Of a stretch of 64,000 nt of DNA, positions 29,192-40,626 are shown piece by piece. Position 1 is the stretch's first letter. Every line of letters begins with the position of its first letter. Source of the DNA: the human T2T-CHM13v2.0 reference genome, Homo sapiens; NCBI RefSeq assembly GCF_009914755.1, contig NC_060925.1; one strand, 5' to 3'. The translations under genes were made by a program, and so were the position numbers. Under the pieces are notes generated by a model. It was not told the DNA's origin, searched no databases, and saw only the letters and a list, made by a program, of their open reading frames with translations.

Positions 29192-30590
29192 ATCTCTCTC
29201 TCTTGTCTCTCTCTCTCCCCACTCCTGGGCTCAAGCAGTCCTCCACCCTCGGCTTCTTAAAGTGCTGTGATGGGATTATAAGTGTGAGCCACCAATGCCT
29301 GGCCCACTTACATTCTTGAATCTGTAGGTTTACGTCTTTTGCCAAATTTAGGAAGTTTTCACCATTATTTCTTTGAATACCCTTTTAGCTCTACTTTCTT
29401 CTCTCCTAGATCTCTGGTGATACAGATGTTGGATCTTATTTATTTATGTTTGAGACAGGACCTTACTCTGCCACCCAGGCTGGAGTGAGTGGTGCCATCA
29501 AAGCTCACTGCAGCCTTGACCTTCCAGGCTCAAGCGATCCTCACACCTCAGTCTCCTGAGTAGCTCTGTAACTTCTATTTCTTTTATAAGGTTTTTTTCT
29601 TAATTTGTTTCCAGATAATTTCTAATTGATTCTGAAGCATTTTATGACATGCAATTTAAACTTCTCAGATAATTTTAATGTCTGATTTTTCTCAGTTGAT
29701 TGTCTTTTTTCATTCAAGTTGAGATTTTCCTGGTTCTTGGTGTGTTGATTTTTTAAAAATTTATTGAATCTTGAACATTTTGGTTATTATGCTAGGGAAC
29801 TCTGGGTTTTATTTAGATCTTTTATTTTAGCAGGGAGTTGCCCTACTCAAGTTTAGCATGCAGCTCCAAGCCTACAGTAGTGAGCTGTGCTTCCAGTGAC
29901 AATTTAATTTTCAGAGATTTTGCAGTACTATTTTTGTCTGCTTAGTTTAGCTGGAGTTCCTACCGATCCCTGCTGGTGCTGCCCAAAGCAGGGAATGAGC
30001 TTCCCCAGGATAGGCCATCTGGTGCCTCTAGGAGGCAGAAGGGAATCTCTGGCCCATTGGGGAAAATGAGGCTTCTTGGGTTTTGGCAGGACCTCCCAGC
30101 CTGTGAAAATGAGGAACACTTCCCAGCCTGAGCCCTGGTTGTGGTGCATCCCCCTTTCTGTTATCCACCTGGCTACCTGAATCTCTCACTGGGGAAGGGG
30201 AGTCCCAGATCTGGAGGGGAAGAAGAATGCTTTCCCTGGCTGCTTATTGTCTGTTGGCCTCCCCATCATTACCCCTTGCTAGTGATGCTAGGCTTGCTTG
30301 TTGTTATCAAAAAAAAAAAAAAAAATGACAACAACAAAATAAATAGCCCCAGGTATTTTCTGTTCCTAGGTTTGAGGTCAGGCCTGGGTTGCCTTCTTTT
30401 AATGGATTGGGAGGCAGGGTCCTCAGATGTCCTGCCACTATTTTGGTCCTCCTTGTCCTAGGGCCCCTAGCAAATCAGCCATTTTTCTTTTTACAGAGTT
30501 CTTCTATGACTGTCTTTTGTATTATTTCAAAATTTTGTCATATTTAGTGAGGAGCAGTTGGGAGAAACGAGTCTACACCATCTTGTCTGG
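28740..30590 (-). mobile_element. Old L1M ORF1/5' region fragments with inserted Alu pieces
   Basis: ttgaagaactccctttagcca, gccaaatttaggaagttttc, tacaccatcttg 5' end; (CT)n-tailed Alu monomer at 29144-29305; partial AluJ at 29440-29565. Confidence 0.65.
29144..29216. repeat. (CT)n microsatellite
   Basis: Long CT run; explains the SLSLSL ORF at 29107. Confidence 0.95.
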
Positions 30591-30916
30591 CCCAAGACTT
30601 TTTCTTAATCTTTTGTTATTCATATCATTTTCATTTAGAGTGCCTAGCTTGTCATCATCCATGTCAAATATCTGCAGTTGTTGAATGGTATAACTCTTCT
30701 ATTCCTCACTTATTAGTGCTTTTTACATGGAATCTGAGCACTTTTCCAACGTCACTTTCATTGGCTCTGTGAAATTTTATCTTTTTGCAAGATTAGCAAT
30801 TTAACCCTTCAGTCAGTTTGCACTTATACAGTATTCAGCAATGATCAAAAAGGTACTGGGATGGATAGTATTCAAGTGGGGATAGTATTAAGTTGTATAA
30901 GGGGTCAGTTCACTAA

Positions 30917-31246
<330 letters not shown>

Positions 31247-31499
31247 TATTTCTTCTTTAAAATTTTGTTTTATTTTTATTGTACTTTAAGTTCTGGGATA
31301 TATGTGCTTAATGTGCAGGTTTGTTACATAGGTATACATGTGCCATGGTGGTTTGCTGCACCTATCAACCTGTCATCTATGTTTTAAGCCCCACATGCGT
31401 TAGATATTTGTCCTAATGCTCTCCTTCCCCTTTCCCCTCATCCCCCAACAGGCCCCGGTGTGTGATGATCCCCTCCCTATGTCCATGTGTTTGCATTGT

Positions 31500-34400
31500 T
31501 CAACTCCCACTTATGAGTGAGAACATGCAGTGTTTGGTTTTCTGTTCCTGTGTTAGTTTGCTGAGGGTGATGGTTTCCAACTTCATCCGTGTCCCTCCAA
31601 AGGACATGAACTCGTTCTTTTTCATGGCTGCTTAGTATTCCATGGTGTATATGTGCCACGTTTTCTTTATCCAGTCTATCATTGATGGGCATTTGGGTTG
31701 GTTCCAAGTTTTTGCTATTGTAAATAGTGCTGCAATAAACATATATGTGCATATGTCTTTATAGTAGAATGATTTATAATCCTTTGGGTATATACCCAGT
31801 AATGGGATTGCTGGTTCAAATGGTATTTCTGGTTCTAGATCCTTGAGGAATCGCCACACTGTCGTCCACAATGGCTGAACTAATTTACACTGCCACCAAC
31901 AGTGTAAAAGCGTTCCTATTTCTCCGCATCCTCGCCAGCATCTGTTGTTTCCAGACTTTTTAATGATCACCATTCTAACTGGCATGAGATGGTATTTCAT
32001 TGTGGTTGTAATTTGCATTTCTCTAATGACCAGTGATGATGAGCTTTTTTTCATATGTTTGTCAGCTCCATAAATGTCTTCTTTTGAGAAGTGTCTGTTC
32101 ATATCCTTCACCCACTTTTTGATGGGGTTGTTTTTTTCTTGTAAATTTGTTTAAGTTCCTTGTAGATTCTGGGTATCAGTTCTTTGTCAGATGGGTAGAT
32201 TACAAAAATTTTCTCCCGTTCTGTAGGTTGCCTATTCACTCTGATGATAGTTTCTTTTGCTGAGCAGAAGCTCTTTAGTTTAATTAGATCCCATTTGTCA
32301 GTTTTGGCTTTTGTTGCAGTTGCTTTTGGTGTTTTAGTCATGAAGTCTTTGCCTATGTCCTGAATGATATTGCCTAGGTTTTCTTCTAGGGTTTTTACGG
32401 TTTTAGGTTTTACATTTAATTATTTAATCCATCTTGAGTTAATTTTTGTGTGAGGTGCAAGGAAGGGGTCCAGTTTCTGTTTTCTGCATACGGCTAGCCA
32501 GTTTTCCCAGCACCATTTGTAAAATACGGAATCCTTTCCCCATTGCTTTTTTTGGTCAGGTTTGTCAAAGATCAGATGGTTGTAGATGTGTGGTGTTATT
32601 TCTGACACCTCTGTTCTGTTGCATTGGACTATATATCTGTTTTGGTACCACTACCATGGTGTTTGGTTACTGTAGCCTTGTAGTATAGTTTGAAGTCGGG
32701 TAGCATGATGCCTCCAGCTTTGTTCTTTTTGCTTAGGATTGTCTTGGCTATACAGGCTCTTGTTTGGTTCCATATGAAATTTAAAGTCATTTTTTCTAGT
32801 TCTGTGAAGAAAGTCAGTGGTAACTTGATAGGAATAGCATTGAATTTATAAATTACTTTGGGCAGTATGGTCATTTTCACGATATTGATTCTTCCTATCC
32901 ATGAGCATGGAATTTTTTTCCATTTGTTTTTGTCCTCCCTTATTTCCTTGAGCAGTGGTTTGTAGTTCTCCTCGAAGAGGTCCTTCACATCCCTTGTAAG
33001 TTGTATTCCTAGGTATTTTACTTTCTTTGTAGCAATTGTGAATGGGAGTTCATTCAGGATTTGACTCTCTGCTTGTCTATTATTGGTGTGTAGGAATACT
33101 TGTGATTTTTGCACATTGATTTTGTATCCTGAGAATTTGGTGAAGTTGTTTATCAGCTTAAGGAGTTTTGGGGCTGAGACGATGGGATTTTCTAAATATA
33201 CAATCATGTCGTCTGCAAACAGAGACAATTTGACTTCCTCTCTTCCTATTTGAATACCCTTTATTTCTTTCTCTTGCCTGATGCTCTGGCCAGAACTTCC
33301 AACACTATGTTGAATCGGCGTGGTGAGAGAGGGCATCCTTGTCTTGTGCTTGTTTTCAAAGGGAATGCTTCCAGTTTTTGCCCATTCAGTATGATATTGG
33401 CTGTGGGTTTGTCATAAATAGCTCTTATTATTTTGAGATATGTTCCATCAATACCTAGTTTATTGAGAGTTTTTAGCATGAAGGGGTTTTGAATTTTATC
33501 AAAAGCTTTTTCTGCATCTATTGAGATAATCATATGGTTTTTGTCATTGGCTCTGTTTATGTGATGAATTACGTTTATTGATTTGCATATGTTGAACCAG
33601 CCTCTCATCACAGGGATGAAGCTGCCTTGATTGTGGTGGATAAGCTTTTCGATGTGCTGCTGAATCAGTTTGCCAGTATTTTATTGAGGATTATCACATC
33701 GATGTTCATCAGGGATATTGGCCTGAAATTTTCTTTTTTTGTTGTGTCTTGGCCAGGTTTTGGAATCAGGATGATGCTGGCCTCATAAAATGAGTTATGG
33801 AGAAGTCCCTCTTTTTCTGTTGTTTGGAACAGTTTCAGAAAGAATTGTACCAGCTCCTCTTTGTACCTCTGGTAGAATTCGGCTGTGGATCCATCTGGTC
33901 CTGGGCTTTTTTTTGTTGGTAAGCTATTAATTACTGCCTCAGTTTCAGAACTTGTTATTGGTCTATTCAGGGATTTGACTTCTTCCTGGTTTAGTCTTGG
34001 CAGGGTGTGTGTGTCTAGGAATTTATCCATTTCTTCTAGAATTTCCGTTTTTTTTGCATACAGGTGTTTATAGTATTCTCTGATGGTAGTTTGATGGTAG
34101 TTTATATTTCTGTGGGATCAGTGATGATATCCCCTTTATGATTTTTTATTTTGTCTATTTGATTCTTCTCTCTTATTAGTCTATCTAGTAGTCTATCTAT
34201 TTTGTTAATCTTTTCAGAAAACCAGCTCCTGGATTCATTTATTTTTTGAAGAGTTTTTCGTGTCTCTATCTCCTTCAGTTCTGCACTGATCTTAGTTATT
34301 TATTGCCTTCTGCTGGCTTTTGAATTTGTTTTCTCTTGCTTCTCTAGTTCTTTTAAGTGTGATGTTAGGGTGTTGATTTTAGATCTTTCCCACTTTCTGA

Positions 34401-35292
34401 TATGGGCATTTAGTACTATAAATTTCCCTCTTAACACTGCCTTAGCTGTATCCCAGAGATTCTGGTATGTTGTGTCTTTATTCTCATTGGTTTCAAAGAA
34501 CTTCGTTATCTCTACCTTAATTTCGTTATTTACGCAGTAGTCATGCAGGAGCAGGTTGTTCAGTTTCCATGTAGTTGTGTGGTTTTGAGTGAGTTTCTTA
34601 ATCCTGAGTTCTAATTTGATTGCATTGTGGTCTGAGAGGCTGTTTGTTATGATTTCCATTCTTTTGCATTTACTGAGGAGTGTTTTACTTCCAATTATGT
34701 GGTCAATTTTAGAATAAGTGCTGTGTAGTGCTGAGAAGAATGTATATTCTGTTGAGTTGGGGTGGAGAGTTCTGTAGATGTCTATTAGGTCCACTTGGTC
34801 CAGAGCTGAGTTCAAATCCTGAATATCCTTGTTAATTTTCTGTCTCGTTGATCTGCTTAATATTGACAGTGGGGTGTTAAAATCTCCAACTATTATTGTG
34901 TGGGAGTCTAAGTCTCTTCGTAGATCTCTGATAACTTGCTTTATGAATCTGGTTGCTCCTGTATTGACTGCTTATATATTTAGGATAGTTAGCTCTTCTT
35001 GGTGCATTCATCCCTTTACCATTATGTAATGCCCTTCTGTGTCTTTTTTGATCTTTGTTGGTTTAAAGTCTGTTTTATCAGGGACTAGGATTGCAACCCT
35101 GCTTTTTTTGCTTTCCATTCCCTTTATTTTGAGCCCATGTGTGTCTTTGCATGTGAGATAGGTCTCCTGAATACAGCATATCGATGGGTCTTGACCCTTT
35201 ATCTAGTTTACCGGTTTGTGCCTTTTAACTGAGACATTTAGCCCATTACATTTAAGGTTAATATCGTTAGTATGTGAATTTGATCCTGTCAT
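31500..35292 (-). pseudogene. L1 ORF2 (endonuclease/reverse transcriptase), disrupted
   Basis: Fragments contain EN motifs ([19 protein letters not shown]), RT motifs ([16 protein letters not shown]) and the C-terminal [18 protein letters not shown]; several stops and frameshifts. Confidence 0.92.
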
Positions 35293-35359
35293 CATGATGC
35301 TAGCTGATTATTTTGCACATTAGTTGATGCAGTTTCTTTATAGTGCTGTTCTTTATATT

Positions 35360-36371
35360 TTGTTATGTTTTTGCAGTAATTGGTACCAGTTTTTCCTTTC
35401 CATATTTAGTGCTTCCTTCAGGAGCTCTTGTAAGGCCTTGTGGTGACAAAATTTCTCAGCATTTGCTTGTCTGTAAAGGATTTTATTTCTCCTTCATTTA
35501 TGAAGCTTAGTTTAGCTGGATATGAAATTCTGGGTTGAAAATTCTTTTCTTTAAGAATGTTGACTATTGGCCCCCACTCTCTTCTGGCTTGTAGGGTTTC
35601 TGCCAAGAAATCTGCTGTTAGTCTGATGGGCTTCCCTTTGTAGGTAACCTGACCTTTCTCTCTGGCTGCCCTTAACATTTTTTCCTTCATTTCAACTTTG
35701 GAGAATCTGATGATTATGTGTCTTCGGGTTGCTCTCCTCAAGGAGTATCTTTGTGGTGTTCTTTGTATTTCCTGAATTTGAATGTTAGCCTGTCTTCCTA
35801 GGTTGGGGAAGTTCTCCTGGATAATACCCTAAAGTGTGTTTTCCAACTTGGTTCCATTCTCTCTGTCACTTTCAGGGACCCCAATCAAGCATAGGTTTGG
35901 TCTTTTCACATAGTCCCATATTTCTTGGAGGCTTTGTTCGTTCCTTTTCATTCTTTTTTCTCTAATCTTGTCTTCACGTGTTATTTCATTAAGTTGTTCT
36001 TCAATCTCTGATATCCTTTCTTCTGCTTGATCGATTCAGCTATAGATACTTGTGTATGCTTCACGAAATTCTCGTGCTGTGTTTTTCATCTCCATCAGGT
36101 CATTTATGTTCTTCTCTAAACTGGTTATTCTAGTTAGCAGTTCCTGTAACCTTTTGTCAAGGTTCTTAGCTGCCTTGCATTGGATTAGAACATGCTCCTT
36201 TAGCTCAGAGGAGTTTGTTATTACCCACCTTCTGAAGCCTACTCCTGTCAGCTCGTCAAACTCATTCTCTGTCCAGTTTGGTGCCCTTGCTGGACAGGAG
36301 TTGTGATCATTTGGAGAAGAGGCATTCTGGTTCTTGGAATTTTCAGCATTTTTGCTCTGGTTTTTCCTCAT
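35360..36371 (-). pseudogene. L1 ORF1p, disrupted
   Basis: MRKNQSKNAENSKNQNASSP..ENEFDELT and RHIIIRFSKVEMKEKMLRAAREKG..FQPRISYPAKLSF lie in separate broken frames. Confidence 0.9.
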
Positions 36372-37769
36372 TTTCGTGGATTTATCTACCTTTGATCTTT
36401 GAGTCCAATGACCTTTGGATGGGTTTTCTGTATGGGTCGTTTTTGTTGATTTTGATATTGCTTCCTGTTTGTTAGTGTTTGATTTTGATATTGCTTCCTG
36501 TTTGTTAGTGTTTCTTCTAACAGGCCTCTCTTCTGCAGATCTGCTCCAGTTTGCTGGAGGTCCACTCCAGACCGTTTGCCTGGTTATCACCAGCGGAAGC
36601 TGCAGAACAGCAAAATTGCTACCTGTTCCTTCCTCTGGAAGCTTCGTCCCAGAGGGGCACCAGCCTGATGCCGGGGCTCTTCTGTATGAAGGGTCTGTCA
36701 ACCCCTGTTGTGAGGTCTCTCCCACTCAGGAGGCTTGGCGGTCAGGGACCCACTTGAAGAGGCAGTCTGTCCCTTAGCAGAGCTTGAGTATTGTGCTGGA
36801 AGGGCCCTCTTTGTCAGGATCCCCTTGCTCTCTTCAGAGCTAGTAAGCTGGAACGTTTATGTCTGCTGAAGCTGCGCCCACAGCCGCCCCTTCCCCCAGG
36901 GTGCTCTGTCCCAGGGAGATGGGAGTTTTATCAATAAGCCTCTTACTGGGGCTGCTGCCTTTCTTTCAGAGATGACCTGCCCAGTGAAGAGGAATCTAGA
37001 GAGACAGTCAGGCCACAGCCACATTGCTGTGCTGTGTTGAGTTCTGCCCAGTCCAAACTCCCAGGCCTCCTTAGCACTGTCAGGGGAAAACCGCCTACTC
37101 AAGCCTCAGCAATGGCGGACGCCCCAACCCCACCAAGCTTGATCATCCCAGGTCGACTTCAGACTGCTGTCCTGGCAGCAAGAATTTCAAGCCAGTGGTT
37201 CTTAGCTTGCTGAGCTGTTTGGGAGTGGGACTCGCTGATCGAGACCACTTGGCTCCCTGGCTTTAGCTGCCTTTCCAGGAGAGTAAACAGTGCTGTCTTG
37301 CTGGGGTTCCAGGCGCCACTCAGTTGGAAATGCAGAAATCACCCGCCTTCTGCGTTGGTCTCGCTGGGAGCTGCATACCAGAGCTGTTCCTATTAGGTCA
37401 TCTTGCCAGATCCAGAAAACCTTATTTCTTTATAAAAGTTTACAACTATGGGGACTGCAGTGAACACTTATAAGCAAACACCTTACTATATATATATGTG
37501 TGTCCTTACACTGTGTTTGCTTAGTCACGTTATTTTGAAATTTAAAGACCATAAAGTCTTCGAATCAAATGTACTTATTTTACAGATGAGTAAAATAAAG
37601 TCACAGGGGTACTGTGAGGCTTACATGAGGATGTAAAGCTCTTAGTACAGTCAAGGGCTAGCTAGCATTTAGTAAGTGTCATGTTTGCTGCTACTGTTAA
37701 TAACTTTTGTTACTATTTTGTAAAATTCTAAGATCAGAGAAAGCAAGAGTGAAGTGAGGTCTGATAGTT

Positions 37770-37980
37770 TTTGTAGGAAACTAAGAATCAGGAGTTTAGG
37801 GTTCCATTTCTGTTTTGTTCCTGACTCACTTGGACTCTTTGGGAAACTGGTTAACCTTTTCGTGTCTAAATCTAGCCATCTAAAGCTAGGAGAATCTTGC
37901 CATCTGCCTACGTCATGGGAGATCGTAAAGAAAATGATGGAAAATGCTTTACATCTGTGGGAGAAAGGTACTATGTAAGC
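37770..37980 (+). mobile_element. MIR
   Basis: aatcaggagtttagggttcc...ttaaccttttcgtgtct...catctaaa; degenerate. Confidence 0.5.
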
Positions 37981-39662
37981 TTATAACTTTGTTCTCTCCA
38001 TTGACAATAACTTGCTCATACAATCTTTAAAAATCTGCTTAACTAGCAATCCAAAATTACTGTATATGTGCAATGTGGGAGTGTTGATGCTTCCGTTAGA
38101 ACACTCCCTTTTGTGATTTCCTCATCACTTAAGAAATGTAGATACTTGCTGCCACAGTATACTAAAACTATATGTAAAAATCAGTATATGTAAATTATAG
38201 TTAATGACTGAACATAATTCCTCATTTATCTACATAGTTTTAATTGAAATGAGCTTTGGTACTTTTTAAAGGAAAGAAAAAGGATGAAAGTGGGGACAGG
38301 GAATGGTTGATTAATTACAGTGATAAAACATGGGCTAGAACCTTGAAAGATCATGTAGCCTGTCCTGCCACAGTAGAATTGTATGTTAATTCAGTTCAAT
38401 AATTATTGATCAAGTGGCTACTATGTGTATGGCACATTAAAAAAGTAAGACAGTCTTTTTCTTCAGATGCTTATCAGTCTAGTAGGGAAAGTAAAAACAT
38501 AACTATTTACTTTATTCTTTCATCCTCATTAATGAATTAGCCTTGTAAAGATGGTTGCAAATATAGTCAGTGCTTGAAATAGAATGTTATGTAAATTTTA
38601 ACTATTTTAAATTAGCTACAGTTAACTAAATGTTTATATATAAGTCTCTAAGTGTCAGATGGTCAGATCAGAAAAGATATACACATAAAGGTTTCAGATT
38701 TGCCAAATTCATTTCTGGTTGGGGTCCAAAAACATTGAAAAATTATGTTATTTAAGAGAATAAAGTGCTTGAAAAATTTTATAAACTGAAAATTTATGTG
38801 GGGGTGGAGGAAATTTTTGTTCTAATTTCCTCGTAATCCACTTTGAGATTATGATTGAGCCTGAATGAGTTTTATTTTAAAATTAATTCTGAGGAATTTA
38901 ATTCAATATTTTAAAATAAAATTATGTGGAAAAATATATTCTAAACCTATTAATTTTGCATTTTACATTGAAATAATAAAAATCCAGGGGTAAATTATGA
39001 ATATGCAGATAGTATACTCACTCTGAAATCTCACTATTCACTTATACTAGGAAGGAAATGTTGGAATAGGAGGAGATGTAATCTATCTCAGCAGTATGGC
39101 AATATGAACATTAATATTTATGTAAAATGTTAACATTTTGTTTTTTGATGTTTATAGTTGTATGGAGATTAGAAAATAAAAAATTTATTTTGTTTTTAAG
39201 AAAAGAGTACTTTCAGGCTGATGGTGTGATGCTTTGGAATTGGCAGTCTAGTTCTTTATATTTTTGTTTCAGTTGCAGATCCCTAAAATGCTACTAAAGA
39301 AAGAGAAATGAAATAGAAATGAAATCATTAAGATCAGAATACAGTTTTTGGCCTATAAAGCTCAAGGAGGAATCTTTAGATATGAATTAAAGGGAAAAAC
39401 TTTATAATGATAGTTAGAAAAGGGTCTGATGCAAGAAAATCCTGAAATCAAAATCTACCATCTGATTGGATAATCCAGAAATCAAGTGACCATCTTTAAC
39501 ACCTTGCTTTCCCTGTCACTAAATCCAGTTCGTCAGCAATTCTTATTCTTTTTGCCACCTAAATATTTCTCTATTACAACCTTCGTTTATCTCTCCCCCG
39601 ACTATATTGGTCTCAATCTACCAGTAACTGGTAAACCTTGCCTGGATTACCGTAGCAGCCTC

Positions 39663-40131
39663 TGTATTCATTTTCTAGGACTGCTGTAAGAAATTACCAC
39701 AAAGAGGTAGCTTAAAGCAATAGAAATTTATTCTCTCTCAGTTCAGGAGGCTAGAAGCTTAAAATCTAGGTGTCAGCAGGGTTGGTTCTTTCTCAAGACT
39801 CTGAGGGAAAATCTGTTTCATGCCTCTCTCCTTGTTTCTGGTGGTTGCTGACAGTCTTTGGTGTTTCTTGGCATTCAGCTTCATCACCTTAATTTCTGTC
39901 TCCGGTGTCACATGGCTGCCTTATTTGTGTGTCTCTTCTGTGACTTCAAATTTTTCTTTTATTATAATGATTTGGGTGATTAGATTTCAGACTCACCGTA
40001 CTCCAATATGACTTTACCTTAACTTAATTACGTCTGCAATGACCCATATTTTCAAATAGGGTCACAATCGCAGATACCAAGGGCCATAACTTTAACATAC
40101 TTTTGGGGGGCATACAATTCAACCTGTTACA
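39663..40131 (-). mobile_element. MLT1 (C/D-like) MaLR solo LTR
   Basis: gactgctgtaagaaattaccac...agaaatttattctctctcagttc...acaattcaacc; TSD gcctc / gcttc. Confidence 0.85.
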
Positions 40132-40191
40132 GCTTCTAAGCAAAAGTGTCCCTATATTTGAGATTTTTTTGAGTCAATTGTCTGTATGTAG

Positions 40192-40626
40192 TTTCACTCG
40201 TGTCAGTGTGAAGAGACCACCAAACAGGCTTTGTGTGAACAATAAGGCTGTTTATTTCACCTGGGTGCAGGCGGGTGAGTCCGAAAGAGAGTCAGTGAAG
40301 GGAGATAGGGGTGGGGCTGTTTTATAAGATTTGGGTAGGTAAAGGAAAATTACAGTCAAAGGGGTTGTTCTCTGGCGGGCATGGGTGGGGGTCACAAGGT
40401 GCTCATTGGGGGAGCTTTCTGAGCCAGGATGAGCCAGGGAAAGGAATTTCACAAGGTAATGTCATCAGTTAAGGCAAGGACCTTCCATTTTCACTTCTTT
40501 TATGGTGGAATGTCATCAGTTAAGGCAGGAACAGGCCATTTTCACTTCTTTTGTGATTCTTCACTTGCTTCGGGCCATCTGGTCACAGGGGATATGATGG
40601 CTTAGCTTGGGCTCAGAGGCCTGACT
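40192..40626 (-). mobile_element. HERV-H solo LTR (LTR7 family)
   Basis: Minus-strand start GTCAGGCCTCTGAGCCCAAGCTAAG; CCTTAACTGATGACATT repeats; CTTATAAAA TATA; end GGTGGTCTCTTCACAC..GAGTGAAA; perfect 5-bp TSD tgtag. Confidence 0.93.

Larger units (their letters stand above)
31270..37413 (-). mobile_element. Near full-length LINE-1 (L1PA7/8-like) with a 5'UTR internal deletion
   Basis: Minus-strand 5' end CAAGATGACCTAATAGGAACAGCTC; colinear ORF1 and ORF2 fragments; typical L1PA 3'UTR; flanks aaacttttatttc / aaaccttatttc. Confidence 0.95.

Noticed and set aside
31477-36777. Many long ORFs suggesting an active retroelement or novel RT system
   Set aside because: All are fragments of ordinary L1 ORF1/ORF2/5'UTR broken by stops and frameshifts; not retrotransposition-competent.
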